Shown: positions 52,380-62,059 of the stretch, in pieces | Layout of the letters: each line of letters begins with the position of its first letter | Numbering within the stretch: the first letter of the stretch is position 1 | Assembly (NCBI GenBank): GCA_022703055.1 | Contig: JAKLEP010000001.1 | Coordinates: 26,850-90,849, forward strand | Source of the DNA: Candidatus Omnitrophota bacterium | GTDB lineage: Bacteria > Omnitrophota > Gorgyraeia > VGKH01 | Length of the DNA: 64,000 nucleotides | Reading direction: 5' to 3' | Notes under the pieces: generated by a model | What the model saw: the letters and a program-made list of their open reading frames with translations, nothing else | The model's database searches: none | What the model was told of the DNA's origin: nothing | Program-made: the position numbers and the translations under genes

Positions 52380-53576
52380 ATGGCAAAAAGACAAGTTTAT
52401 ATGGATCATAATGCGACGACGCCGCTTCATCCTGAGGTTAAAAAGGTAATGACAAAAGCTTTGGAGGATTTTGGCAATCCTTCCAGCCTGCATTCTTTCG
52501 GCAGGCACGCCAGAAAATTGGTTGAAGATGCGCGAGCAACGGTTGCTTCTTTTATCGGAGCCAGCCCAGATGAAATCATTTTCATGGGCAGCGGCTCAGA
52601 AGCCAATAATACCGTATTGTCTATGTTTAGTTGTCCTTCCGGACAATGCCTGTACCGGCAAAAAGCCAAGACAGAGATTATCACTTCTAATATAGAACAT
52701 CCCTGTATCCTGGAGACTTCAAGATGCCTTCAAGACAGAGGCACCTGTGTTTCTTGCCTGGGCGTAGATAAATATGGCAAGGTCGATTTAGAAAAATTAA
52801 AGAATATAATTACAGAGAAGACCGGCTTGGTCTCGGTAATGATGGCAAATAATGAAATCGGGACCATTCAAGATATCAAAACCATAGCCGATATTGTGCA
52901 CAAACGCGGCGCATTGTTTCATACTGATGCTGTTCAGGCGGTAGGTAAAATTCCCGTCGATGTAAATGAGTTAGGAGTTGATTTTCTGACGATTTCTGCT
53001 CATAAAATCTATGGACCCAAGGGAATTGGGGCGTTGTATGTAAAAAAAGGGATTCCTTTCTGTTCTTTGATCAGAGGGGGTCATCAGGAGCAGGGCCGCC
53101 GCGCCGGAACGGAAAATACTCTTGGTATTGTCGGGCTTGGCAAGGCAATCGAGATGCGAAAAAAGGAAATGAATCAGGAAAAAACTCGCCTGCTCAAATT
53201 AAAAGCCGTTTTAAGAAAAGGTATTGAAGAAAATATTTCAGAAATATCTTTTAATGGCCATCCTGCAGATTGTCTGGCCGGGACATTAAATGTTTCCTTT
53301 GACGGCGCAGAGGGAGAGGCAATTCTGTTGTATCTTGATTTAGAAGGTATTGCTGTTTCCACCGGGTCTGCCTGTGCATCGGGTTCGCTTGATCCCTCTC
53401 ATGTGCTTTTGGCAATAGGACTTACTGCTGAGAGCGCCCATGGGTCTATACGCATAAGTATGGGCAGAGACAACACCCTGGAAGATGTAAATTATGTTAT
53501 TGATAAACTTAGCAGTGTAATCAAAAGAATCAGAGGTATGTCCACAGCATACACAAAAAAGGTTAGAAAACAATGA
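52380..53576 (+). CDS. nifS: Cysteine desulfurase (NifS/IscS class I)
   Basis: 398 aa with the PLP-Lys motif SAHKIYGPKG and the active-site loop STGSACASG. Confidence 0.9.
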   Translation: MAKRQVYMDHNATTPLHPEVKKVMTKALEDFGNPSSLHSFGRHARKLVEDARATVASFIGASPDEIIFMGSGSEANNTVLSMFSCPSGQCLYRQKAKTEIITSNIEHPCILETSRCLQDRGTCVSCLGVDKYGKVDLEKLKNIITEKTGLVSVMMANNEIGTIQDIKTIADIVHKRGALFHTDAVQAVGKIPVDVNELGVDFLTISAHKIYGPKGIGALYVKKGIPFCSLIRGGHQEQGRRAGTENTLGIVGLGKAIEMRKKEMNQEKTRLLKLKAVLRKGIEENISEISFNGHPADCLAGTLNVSFDGAEGEAILLYLDLEGIAVSTGSACASGSLDPSHVLLAIGLTAESAHGSIRISMGRDNTLEDVNYVIDKLSSVIKRIRGMSTAYTKKVRKQ

Positions 53577-54181
53577 CGGCATTCGATTGGGTATATTCCG
53601 AGAAATTGAAAGAGCATTTTATGCATCCCAAAAATGTTCTTCAGGATGAAGATATAAGCGCATATGACGGAAAAGGCGTAGTAGGCAATATGAAATGCGG
53701 CGACGAGATGATGATGGTTATCAAGGTTGATAAGAAAAATAATACCATCGCTGATTGCAAATGGAAGACCTATGGTTGCGCCAGCGCTATCGCCAGCACC
53801 TCAATTCTCTCGGAAATGGTAAAAGGCATGACGTTAGATAAGGCATATCACGTTTCTCCGAAAGACGTGGCAAAAGAGCTCGGGGGTCTGCCGGAACATA
53901 AGATTCATTGTTCTGTTTTAGGAGATAAGGCGCTTCGCGCCGCTATCAATGATTATTATTTACGTAATAACATGCCCCAGAAGATAGAAACGGAGAAAGC
54001 TAGGATTATCTGCCAGTGCATGAATGTCACCGATAAAGAAATAGAGCATGCCGTACTTGAAGGAGTAAGAACCTACTTGGAGCTGCAGGAGCATACCAAA
54101 TTGGGCACAGTTTGCGGTCAGTGTAAAGACGAAGCCACCCGCCTGATGAATGAATATATCCAGAAGCATTTTGGCAAGTAA
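53573..54181 (+). CDS. nifU: NifU-like Fe-S scaffold (IscU domain plus BFD-like 2Fe-2S domain)
   Basis: 202 aa. The IscU-type Cys residues are in NMKCGD, YGCASAIAS and HCS. The C-terminal CQCMNVTD..CGQC is a BFD-like motif. It overlaps nifS by 4 nt. Confidence 0.8.
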   Translation: MTAFDWVYSEKLKEHFMHPKNVLQDEDISAYDGKGVVGNMKCGDEMMMVIKVDKKNNTIADCKWKTYGCASAIASTSILSEMVKGMTLDKAYHVSPKDVAKELGGLPEHKIHCSVLGDKALRAAINDYYLRNNMPQKIETEKARIICQCMNVTDKEIEHAVLEGVRTYLELQEHTKLGTVCGQCKDEATRLMNEYIQKHFGK

Positions 54182-54192
54182 AAAAATTAGAG

Positions 54193-55200
54193 TTGATGAA
54201 AATAATAATTTTGATTATTTCTTTTTTGATTGTTTTTTCTTTTTATAAAAATGCCGCAGCCGAGTATTTTTATAAGGAGATAAATCTTATCGGCGGGTAT
54301 TCCGATATGGATAAATGGATAGGTAAAAGTGAAACGCTATCCAATTCCGTCGGTTTTGAAGATTTCAGGAAATTCTCCAACGAATATGGTGATTTCTTAA
54401 CCAGCGATTTACAAATGCGCCTTGCTTATGATAGTACGGAAAATTCCCAGGAAGCCTGGGCTCTAGAAGTGCATAATGCCTGGCTGGCATATAAATTAGG
54501 GCTGGGGCGAGACCTTAAAATCGGCCATTTTGATCCGGAATTCGGACTTGAACCGATACTTGATACTCATGGTACTATACTGCAGACATTGGCGATGAAA
54601 GATATCGGTTTTAATAAAGATTGGGGAGTGGCTTTGGAAGGATCGTTATCCGAATTAGATTACAAGGCAGCTTTGCAGATTGGGTCTGGTATGAGTGTCC
54701 GCCACAGAGACGGCAGTTATCTTTTCACCACTAGAATAGGAACTCCTACCACCAACAATCTTCAGTATGGTTTGTCTCTTATGCGGGGAGAAGTTCTGCA
54801 ATCCGAAGGTATGTCGACTTTCCCCTTGGATGATCTTTTGTCCGATAAAGTGGTTACAAAAAATAGAATAGGATTAGACGGCCAGTACCTTTTTACTTCC
54901 TATCTTTTTAAAGGCGAAGTTGCATACGGCAGAAATGATGACGATGATGTGCTTGGATATTTAGGCGAGGTGGATTATACTTTGCCGCGGAATCAGAAAA
55001 TACAGATGGAGCTTCAATTCCAATCTTGGATTAATGATTTGACAGAAGACAAGTCTGACGATTCTACCCTTATCGCAGGTCTGTCTTATAAGCTTAATCA
55101 AAACACCACTCTTCGGGTGGCATTTTCGCATGATTTTAATCTTATGGAGGGACGCGAAGATGATAAAATTCTGGTCCAGTTTTATTATTTTGGAATTTAA
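54193..55200 (+). CDS. Hypothetical exported protein, possibly an outer-membrane beta-barrel
   Basis: 335 aa with a signal peptide (FYKNAAA|EY). Alternating Tyr/Gly-rich amphipathic segments are typical of porin-like barrels. Confidence 0.35.
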   Translation: MMKIIILIISFLIVFSFYKNAAAEYFYKEINLIGGYSDMDKWIGKSETLSNSVGFEDFRKFSNEYGDFLTSDLQMRLAYDSTENSQEAWALEVHNAWLAYKLGLGRDLKIGHFDPEFGLEPILDTHGTILQTLAMKDIGFNKDWGVALEGSLSELDYKAALQIGSGMSVRHRDGSYLFTTRIGTPTTNNLQYGLSLMRGEVLQSEGMSTFPLDDLLSDKVVTKNRIGLDGQYLFTSYLFKGEVAYGRNDDDDVLGYLGEVDYTLPRNQKIQMELQFQSWINDLTEDKSDDSTLIAGLSYKLNQNTTLRVAFSHDFNLMEGREDDKILVQFYYFGI

Positions 55201-55801
55201 AAAAGTTTGTTTGGTTATATTTATAGCATTGGCATTATTAGCGGCTTACGCGAGCATATCTTTTGCTGCTGTCGGGTGTTCGCTTAATGATCCTGACCGC
55301 GATGTCAAAAGACTTTTTCCCGAGGCAACAGGATATAAAACCGACTTTATTACCGTAAAAGAAGCTGGCGGCGAGGAATTATTTAAAAAAATAGAACAAG
55401 AGCTCGGTGGTAAATTAGACACTTTGTATGAGACTATCGATGTGCCTTATGCTTTTTACGATGTCCTCAAAGGCAAAGAAGTAATCGCCCATATTCATGG
55501 CGTAAATCAAAAAGGCATTTATGGAGGTATGCAGATTATTTTAGCCACAGACTTAAAAGGCAAGATATTGCATTTTTACTATCAGAAAATGTCTTCCCCG
55601 GAAGCCTCTAAATTTATGGATAATAACTTCACCAGGCAGTTTGCGAGTCTTAGCCTCGATGATTTTATTCAGGGTAAGATTTCGATCAAGGACCCCACTA
55701 AAGAAAGCCACGAGGATTTCCTGGCTACTTTAAGAGGCGTTAAGAAAAATCTTATCCTTCTTAAGGAGCTCAAAATTAATAGAAAACCCGGCACTAAATA
55801 A
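55160..55801 (+). CDS. Hypothetical exported protein or lipoprotein (FMN_bind-like C-terminal pattern)
   Basis: I place the start at ATG 55160 (GGAGGG 8 nt upstream) rather than the track start at 55130. It has a signal-like segment ending ISFAAVGC. GIYGGMQIILATDLKGKI resembles FMN-binding-domain proteins, but only weakly. Confidence 0.3.
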   Translation: MIKFWSSFIILEFKKVCLVIFIALALLAAYASISFAAVGCSLNDPDRDVKRLFPEATGYKTDFITVKEAGGEELFKKIEQELGGKLDTLYETIDVPYAFYDVLKGKEVIAHIHGVNQKGIYGGMQIILATDLKGKILHFYYQKMSSPEASKFMDNNFTRQFASLSLDDFIQGKISIKDPTKESHEDFLATLRGVKKNLILLKELKINRKPGTK

Positions 55802-55812
55802 GGAGGCTTAAA

Positions 55813-56187
55813 ATGAGAATAACCACTATTTTTGTCTCGTTGTTAGTAATCACATCTGCCGCATTCTTGGCTTTTGGCTGCTCGAAGAAAGCTCAAAGTT
55901 TTGGCCAGCCGATTACAGAATCTATCGTTACGCCTATCGGCAATATTTTATCTAACCCAAACAAATTTATAGGCAAAACCGTTAAGGTTGCCGGCAAAAT
56001 CGTAGATGAATGCCCGGCCGGAGGATGGTTCTTTTTAAAAGACCAAAGCGGGAATATATATGTTAATCTTCATCCTTCCTATATCGCTATCCCTCAGGCT
56101 CGGGGTCATGAGGCGGTAGCTCAGGGCGTGGTCAAAAATGAATATAACCAGTTATCGGTTATAGGCGAAGGGGTAGAATTAAAATGA
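55813..56187 (+). CDS. Small lipoprotein (OB-fold-like)
   Basis: 124 aa with a lipobox (LAFGC) after a hydrophobic signal, and an AGGAGG SD. Confidence 0.45.
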   Translation: MRITTIFVSLLVITSAAFLAFGCSKKAQSFGQPITESIVTPIGNILSNPNKFIGKTVKVAGKIVDECPAGGWFFLKDQSGNIYVNLHPSYIAIPQARGHEAVAQGVVKNEYNQLSVIGEGVELK

Positions 56188-57368
56188 AAAGTTTTAATAT
56201 AGCTTTTAAGAATTTAACCAGAAAGAGAATTCGTAATATACTCACCATAGGCGGCGTAGCAATCGCAGTAGCGGTGTTGGTGAGTTTATTCGGTTTTGAT
56301 GCCGGATATCAAAAGGGTCTTAATAATGATATCGATAAGCTCGGTTACCATCTTTTAGTTACCGCCAAAGGTTGCCCCTATGAAGCGGCGACGCTGATGC
56401 TTCAAGGCGGAGGGGGACTGCGTTATATGGAGGAAGATGTATACAGGCGTATCATTAAAGATCCGCGTATTGATAGCATCACTCCGCAGCTAGTTTCGAG
56501 CGTTTACAACCAAGAGGGAGCGGGTGGACGTGGTTCAATTGCTTTGTATATGGGTATTGAAAAATCGTATATTGGTTTAAAGCCATGGTCAAAATTCAAA
56601 TCCGGCGGTTGGTTTTCAGGTAATGATGTTGATGAAGCAATCATGGGTTATGAGGCAGCTGAGCTTGAACAGCGTTCCATCGGAGATAAAATTTTTATTC
56701 CCGGCATCGGTAAGGTGCTTACTGTAGTGGGAATATTTGAAAGGACAGGAACCCAAGATGACGGTATAATATTTATTCCGCTTGCCTCCGCCCAAAAGAT
56801 TTTTAATCTTCCGGGAAAACTGACCGGCATCGGAATAAAACTTAAAGATATCCATGATATTGCTAAATTTGAGGAGGATTTGTATAACGAACCAGGAATA
56901 CAGGTGATAAGTTTGGCGCAGGTACGCGGAACAATTTTAAATTTAGTTTCATCTGCGCGGGCGATGGCAAGCTCTGTTGCGCTTATTGCCATATTTATAG
57001 CCGTGATTGGGGTAACAAATACGATTCTGATGTCAGTTTTTGAACGCACGCGGGAAATTGGGATGATGAAAGCGTTGGGCGCCTCAGCTGCCGATATATT
57101 TAAGATTATCTGGATAGAGACTACGCTTATATGCGTAATCGGGGGTTTTTTGGGTATGGCCTTGGCGTTTTTTGGCAGCCACATTGTCGAGCAGATTATC
57201 AGGCATGCATTACCCTATGCTCCGGCGGGAAAATTAGTATTTATCAGGTCGCAGCTACTTTTCGCCTCATTTTTAGCCACGGTGATTATGGGGCTTGTTG
57301 CCGGGACATATCCGGCATTAAGAGCTTCCTTGATGAAACCCATAGAAGCAATACGTTCGGGAGAATAG
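56184..57368 (+). CDS. ABC transporter permease, FtsX/MacB type
   Basis: 394 aa. One N-terminal TM segment is followed by a large extracytoplasmic domain and a C-terminal FtsX-like 3-TM bundle (ERTREIGMMKALGA). Confidence 0.8.
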   Translation: MKSFNIAFKNLTRKRIRNILTIGGVAIAVAVLVSLFGFDAGYQKGLNNDIDKLGYHLLVTAKGCPYEAATLMLQGGGGLRYMEEDVYRRIIKDPRIDSITPQLVSSVYNQEGAGGRGSIALYMGIEKSYIGLKPWSKFKSGGWFSGNDVDEAIMGYEAAELEQRSIGDKIFIPGIGKVLTVVGIFERTGTQDDGIIFIPLASAQKIFNLPGKLTGIGIKLKDIHDIAKFEEDLYNEPGIQVISLAQVRGTILNLVSSARAMASSVALIAIFIAVIGVTNTILMSVFERTREIGMMKALGASAADIFKIIWIETTLICVIGGFLGMALAFFGSHIVEQIIRHALPYAPAGKLVFIRSQLLFASFLATVIMGLVAGTYPALRASLMKPIEAIRSGE

Positions 57369-57370
57369 AT

Positions 57371-58054
57371 ATGAAAGAATGCCTTATAAAGACAGAAAAA
57401 TTGACTAAAATCTATAAGTTGCCTGCGGAACAGATAAGGGCGGTTAGAGATATTGACCTAGAAATTTTTGCGGGTGACTTCATTTCCATAATGGGACCAT
57501 CCGGTTCGGGGAAAACTACGCTATTAGATAGCTTAGGGTGCCTGACGACAATTACAAGCGGCAGGTTGATTGTGTCGGGCAAGGATGTTTCGCACGCCAA
57601 CGAAAGCGAGCTTGTATCCGTGCGCAGAAAATTTATTAGTTTTGTTTTTCAGGATTTTCTTCTTATCCCTAGCCTGACGGTTTTGGAAAATGTGATGTTG
57701 CCCTTGTATTTTGCAAGGCTGCCTCAAGATCGAAACAGGGCAGTAGAAATTCTTGAAAAAGTTGGATTAGGCCATCGTATTAATCATTTGCCTAAGCAGA
57801 TTTCCGGGGGAGAAAAGCAAAGAGTAGCTATCGCTCGAGCCTTGGCTATTTCTCCGAAACTGTTATTGGCTGATGAACCCACAGGAAATTTGGATACTAA
57901 ATATGCGCAGGAGATATTCCATATTTTTAAGAAGCTAAACCAGGAAGGCCTGACAATAGTTGTGACTACTCATAATCCCAATCTCGGTTCTCAGGCTAGC
58001 CGTATAATTTATCTTCAGGATGGTAAAATCATTTCTGAGAACAAGCCAAATTGA
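57371..58054 (+). CDS. ABC transporter ATP-binding protein (MacB/LolD-like)
   Basis: I place the start at ATG 57371, 2 nt after the permease stop, not the track start at 57131. It has Walker A (GPSGSGKTT), the signature motif (ISGGEKQR) and Walker B (LLLADEPT). Confidence 0.9.
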   Translation: MKECLIKTEKLTKIYKLPAEQIRAVRDIDLEIFAGDFISIMGPSGSGKTTLLDSLGCLTTITSGRLIVSGKDVSHANESELVSVRRKFISFVFQDFLLIPSLTVLENVMLPLYFARLPQDRNRAVEILEKVGLGHRINHLPKQISGGEKQRVAIARALAISPKLLLADEPTGNLDTKYAQEIFHIFKKLNQEGLTIVVTTHNPNLGSQASRIIYLQDGKIISENKPN

Positions 58055-58085
58055 TTGGTCCAATATAAAGTAAATAATTGCATTA

Positions 58086-59447
58086 ATGAATTATATAGAA
58101 GCCCAAGATTACCTTAATTCCTTCATCAATTACGAAACCAAGCTCGAATTTCCTTATAAGGAAAGCTTTAAATTGGAGCGGATGCAGGATCTTCTTGAGT
58201 CGCTTGACAATCCGCAAGACGCGGTAAAATCCATCCATATTGCAGGAACCAAAGGCAAAGGCTCTACCAGCGCTTACTGTGCCAATATTCTAAAAGAAGC
58301 TGGATTTAGAACAGGGCTTTATACCTCTCCGCATTTAAATACCTTCCGCGAAAGGATCAGAATCCTTGATGGCAAAATTCAGGACCAAGATCCATATTTT
58401 TCGGGTATGATTTCCGAAAAAGATGTTTGTATTTACGTCGAAAGATTAAAACAGGGAATTGAGAGGTTTAATAAGAAATCAAGTTGGGATAAATTGAGTT
58501 TTTTCGAGGTTTATACGGCACTCGCCTTTTTATATTTCAAAGATAAAAAAGTTGATTTTGTAGTCTTAGAAACTGGCTTGGGCGGTAGGCTTGATGCTAC
58601 TAACGCCGCCGATTCGCTTGTCTCGGTAATCACGCCTATAAGTTTTGAGCACACCCAGAAACTCGGCAATACTTTAAAAGAAATTGCCACGGAGAAAGCA
58701 GGGATAATCAAGAAGAAAAATCAGGTTGTAGTAAGCGCTATTCAGCCAGATGAAGCTTTAAGCGCCATCAAAAAACGTTGCCAGGAATTTGATGCTAAGT
58801 TGTACGTCATGGGTAAAGATATATTCTTTGAAGAGTTATTTTCAGATATAAATGGACAGGTTTTTAACTATTTCGATAGTTTTTGCGAATACGCAAATTT
58901 AAGAACTAGTTTATTGGGTTCTCATCAGTTAATTAATGCTGCTACAGCTATCGGTATAATCGATGCGTTAAGATTGTTTAATTTTATTGTGCCGCCCGAA
59001 GCAATCAAAAAAGGGCTAGAAGCGACTTCATGGCCAGGAAGGTTCGAAATTATGGCAAAGGATCCTTTTGTGATCCTCGACGGAGCACAGAATGCCGCAT
59101 CGGCAGAAGTGCTTAAGAAAACCATTAAAAAGATTTTCGGAGACCAAAAAGTGATTTTGATTCTTGGTGTTTCTCAGGATAAAGACCTGCAAGGCATCTG
59201 TCGAGAGTTAGAGCTGATCGCCAAAACTGTTATTTTGACTAAGGCCGATAATCCGCGCGCAAGCGAACCGAAAAACCTTATACAGTTTTTCCCGAAAAAT
59301 AAAGAAATAAGGTTAACTTCAAGCGTAAAAGAAGCTATTGAATTATCTAAAGCAATTTCTGAAAAAACTGATATAATATTGGCCTCCGGTTCGCTATTCG
59401 TGGTAGGAGAAGCAAGGGATTTATGGTTAAAAAAGACAAAACAATAA
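58086..59447 (+). CDS. folC: Folylpolyglutamate synthase / dihydrofolate synthase
   Basis: 453 aa with the Mur ligase family P-loop (HIAGTKGKGST) and FolC-like features (VLETGLGGRLDATN). Confidence 0.85.
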   Translation: MNYIEAQDYLNSFINYETKLEFPYKESFKLERMQDLLESLDNPQDAVKSIHIAGTKGKGSTSAYCANILKEAGFRTGLYTSPHLNTFRERIRILDGKIQDQDPYFSGMISEKDVCIYVERLKQGIERFNKKSSWDKLSFFEVYTALAFLYFKDKKVDFVVLETGLGGRLDATNAADSLVSVITPISFEHTQKLGNTLKEIATEKAGIIKKKNQVVVSAIQPDEALSAIKKRCQEFDAKLYVMGKDIFFEELFSDINGQVFNYFDSFCEYANLRTSLLGSHQLINAATAIGIIDALRLFNFIVPPEAIKKGLEATSWPGRFEIMAKDPFVILDGAQNAASAEVLKKTIKKIFGDQKVILILGVSQDKDLQGICRELELIAKTVILTKADNPRASEPKNLIQFFPKNKEIRLTSSVKEAIELSKAISEKTDIILASGSLFVVGEARDLWLKKTKQ

Positions 59448-60844
59448 ATACTTCTAAATTCGGCTTAAACGATACTATCGCCGCGGTTTCAACGCCTTTA
59501 GGCCAGGCAGGCATCGGTATTGTGCGTTTAAGCGGGAAAGATTCTTTATCCATTGCGGACAAGATTTTCATCTCAAGAGAAAAAAACAAACCATCAAAAT
59601 TCAAGACTTACACTACGCATTACGGATGGATTTGCGAGAACGGTAAGGGCAAAATTATCGACGAAGTTATCATGACTGTAATGCGCTCACCCAAAAGCTA
59701 CACCAAAGAAGACATCGTGGAGATAAATTGCCACAGCGGTTTTCTGCCGTTAAAGAAGATATTGAATATAGCTGTTAAGATGGGAGCGCGTCTTGCCGAA
59801 CCGGGCGAATTCACCCGTAGAGCGTTTATTAACGGCCGTATTGATTTAGCCCAAGCAGAGGCAGTCTTAGACATCATCAATGCTAAGACAGATTCGGCTC
59901 TGGAAATCGGCGTCAGCCAGCTAAAGGGTGAGCTTTCCAAGAAAATAGAGGAAATAAGAAATGGATTAGTTGAAGTTCTGGCTTATCTAGAGGCTTCGAT
60001 AGATTTTCCTGAGGAAGATATCGATAAGCTTTCCTTAAAACAACAGACTAAGCACTTGGTGCTTGCGAAAAGAAATATTGAGAGTTTGTTAGAATCATCC
60101 GAACATGGCAAGATCATGCGCGAAGGAATCGATGTGGTGATTTGCGGCAAGCCCAATGTGGGTAAATCTTCTTTATTAAATACTTTGATCAAAGAAGAGA
60201 AAGCAATCGTTACCCATATTCCCGGTACCACTCGTGACATCGTCGAGGAAGTAATAAATTTAAAAGGAATACCTTTAAGATTTGTCGATACCGCTGGGAT
60301 TATCGAGCCCAAGGATTTGGTTGAAAAGGAAGCAATCAAACGCAGCCGCAAGCAACTTGAAAATTGCGATTTGGCGCTTTTTGTTTTGGATAATCACCAA
60401 AAGATATCCAATCAGGATAAAAATCTTATTAATAATCTCAAAGGCAAAAATATAATCTTCGTGGTTAATAAAATTGACTTATCCTCCAAGATAAATATAA
60501 AAACATTGAAATCATTGGCTAAAAACTCTACAATAGTGAAGATTTCCGCCTTGCATAAATTGGGGATAAGAGATTTAGAGGATGCCATTATTAAAAATAT
60601 CTGGCAGGGCAGATTTAAAACCAATAAAGGAGTTTTTATAAGCAATATCCGGCATATCCAGGCTTTAAGAAATGCCTTGTTTGAAACTGATAACACGCTA
60701 GAATTAATTTCTAAGAAGATCTCCGTGGAATTGATTTGTTTTGAATTAACTTCGGCTGTTAAAGAGCTCGATTCCATTACCGGAAGAACCATCGAAAAGG
60801 ATTTATTAGATAAAATTTTTTCGGAATTCTGCATAGGAAAATAA
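59423..60844 (+). CDS. mnmE: tRNA modification GTPase MnmE
   Basis: 473 aa. It has TIAAVSTP at the N-terminus, G-domain motifs (GKPNVGKSS, DTAG, NKID) and the C-terminal CIGK. Confidence 0.9.
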   Translation: MVKKDKTINTSKFGLNDTIAAVSTPLGQAGIGIVRLSGKDSLSIADKIFISREKNKPSKFKTYTTHYGWICENGKGKIIDEVIMTVMRSPKSYTKEDIVEINCHSGFLPLKKILNIAVKMGARLAEPGEFTRRAFINGRIDLAQAEAVLDIINAKTDSALEIGVSQLKGELSKKIEEIRNGLVEVLAYLEASIDFPEEDIDKLSLKQQTKHLVLAKRNIESLLESSEHGKIMREGIDVVICGKPNVGKSSLLNTLIKEEKAIVTHIPGTTRDIVEEVINLKGIPLRFVDTAGIIEPKDLVEKEAIKRSRKQLENCDLALFVLDNHQKISNQDKNLINNLKGKNIIFVVNKIDLSSKINIKTLKSLAKNSTIVKISALHKLGIRDLEDAIIKNIWQGRFKTNKGVFISNIRHIQALRNALFETDNTLELISKKISVELICFELTSAVKELDSITGRTIEKDLLDKIFSEFCIGK

Positions 60845-60857
60845 CAAGGAGTAATTA

Positions 60858-61415
60858 ATGGATAAGAAAAAAATCGAAAATGCAGTGAAGATGATTCTGG
60901 AGGCTATCGGAGAAAATCCGAAAAGGCATGACTTGGAAGAGACGCCGCGAAGGGTCGCCGAGATGTATGAAGAAATTTTCGCGGGCGTACATCAGGACCC
61001 GAAAAAAGAGCTGGAGGTTGTGCTTGAGCAGAAACATCACGAGATAATTCTGCTTAGAGGAATTCCTCTATATTCTGTCTGCGAGCATCATTTACTTCCT
61101 TTTATCGGAAGGGCGCATGTGGCCTATATTCCCAAAGGTGGAAGGGTCACGGGATTAAGTAAAATAGCCAGGGTCGTCGATGTTTTAGCTAAAAGGCCGC
61201 AGGTGCAGGAGCGGCTTACCACGCAAATTGCCGATATAATTATGTCCAAGCTAAAACCTTTGGGTGTTATGGTAGTTTTGGAAGCAGAACATCTTTGTAT
61301 GTCTATGCGCGGAGTAAAAAAACCTGGAACCATGACCGTAACTTCTGCGGTCAGAGGAATATTTAAAGAGAACCAGAAGACACGTTCGGAGACTTTAGCG
61401 TTAATTAAATCTTAA
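60858..61415 (+). CDS. folE: GTP cyclohydrolase I
   Basis: 185 aa. [20 protein letters not shown] and QERLT are FolE signatures. Confidence 0.9.
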   Translation: MDKKKIENAVKMILEAIGENPKRHDLEETPRRVAEMYEEIFAGVHQDPKKELEVVLEQKHHEIILLRGIPLYSVCEHHLLPFIGRAHVAYIPKGGRVTGLSKIARVVDVLAKRPQVQERLTTQIADIIMSKLKPLGVMVVLEAEHLCMSMRGVKKPGTMTVTSAVRGIFKENQKTRSETLALIKS

Positions 61416-61416
61416 T

Positions 61417-61779
61417 ATGATTCATAAAGCTAGATCGTTGATAAACAGTTTCACATTTGCAGTGCGTGGCTTGATTACTATAATTAAGACTGAACGTAAT
61501 GCCCGGATAATTTTTATTTTAGGTGCTATCGCGATTATCCTTGGGGTTTATCTAAAGATTTCAACCTTGGAATTTTTGATTATCATTTTAACCATAGGCA
61601 TAGTATTTATGGCGGAAATATTCAATACCATGGTTGAGGAAACTCATAACATGTTCTCGGAAGAATTCGATCCAAAAATTAAAATGATCAAAGATATGGC
61701 AGCCGGAGCGGTGTTGGTCTCGGCCATTATATCTTTGGTTGTAGGGTATTTAATTTTTGTAAAACGATTGCTACAATAA
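61417..61779 (+). CDS. dgkA: Diacylglycerol kinase (DgkA family)
   Basis: 120 aa with three TM segments. The motifs ERNARI, EIFNTMVEE and KDMAAGAVL match. Confidence 0.8.
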   Translation: MIHKARSLINSFTFAVRGLITIIKTERNARIIFILGAIAIILGVYLKISTLEFLIIILTIGIVFMAEIFNTMVEETHNMFSEEFDPKIKMIKDMAAGAVLVSAIISLVVGYLIFVKRLLQ

Positions 61780-61793
61780 GAGAAGGAGAGGAA

Positions 61794-61946
61794 ATGATAG
61801 AGAGAAGCGAGTTCAAAGGCAAACCACTGATTGTTTTGAAAAGAAGCGAAGACGACCAGTATCCTTTTTCATTCGGTCTAAGCAAAGCCAAATTAATTCT
61901 TGAGAATATAGAAGAGATAAAGAAATTTGTAGAAGAAAATTCTTAA
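61794..61946 (+). CDS. Hypothetical 50-aa protein
   Basis: Not in the track because it is under 60 aa. A GAAGGAGAGG SD precedes the ATG at 61794. My translation is MIERSEFKGKPLIVLKRSEDDQYPFSFGLSKAKLILENIEEIKKFVEENS, and a terminator follows. Confidence 0.4.
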   Translation: MIERSEFKGKPLIVLKRSEDDQYPFSFGLSKAKLILENIEEIKKFVEENS

Positions 61947-61977
61947 AAATAAGAAGAGGCAGATCTTGATAAAATTT

Positions 61978-62008
61978 AAAGGGCTGGTTTATCCGGCCCT
62001 TTTGTTTT
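61978..62008 (+). terminator. Rho-independent terminator
   Basis: GGGCUGG-UUUAU-CCGGCCC forms a 7-bp stem with one G-U pair, followed by UUUUGUUUU. Confidence 0.6.
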
Positions 62009-62059
62009 GACTGATTTTAAGCCTTGCCAAGAAAGTTAATCGGGGTTAATATAAAATAG

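Noticed and set aside
57131-57370. The 80-codon N-terminal extension of the ABC ATPase ORF in the track.
   Set aside because: It lies entirely within the permease gene in another frame. The ATG at 57371, 2 nt after the permease stop, gives a standard N-terminus (MKECLIKTEKLTKIY) at the expected distance before the Walker A motif.
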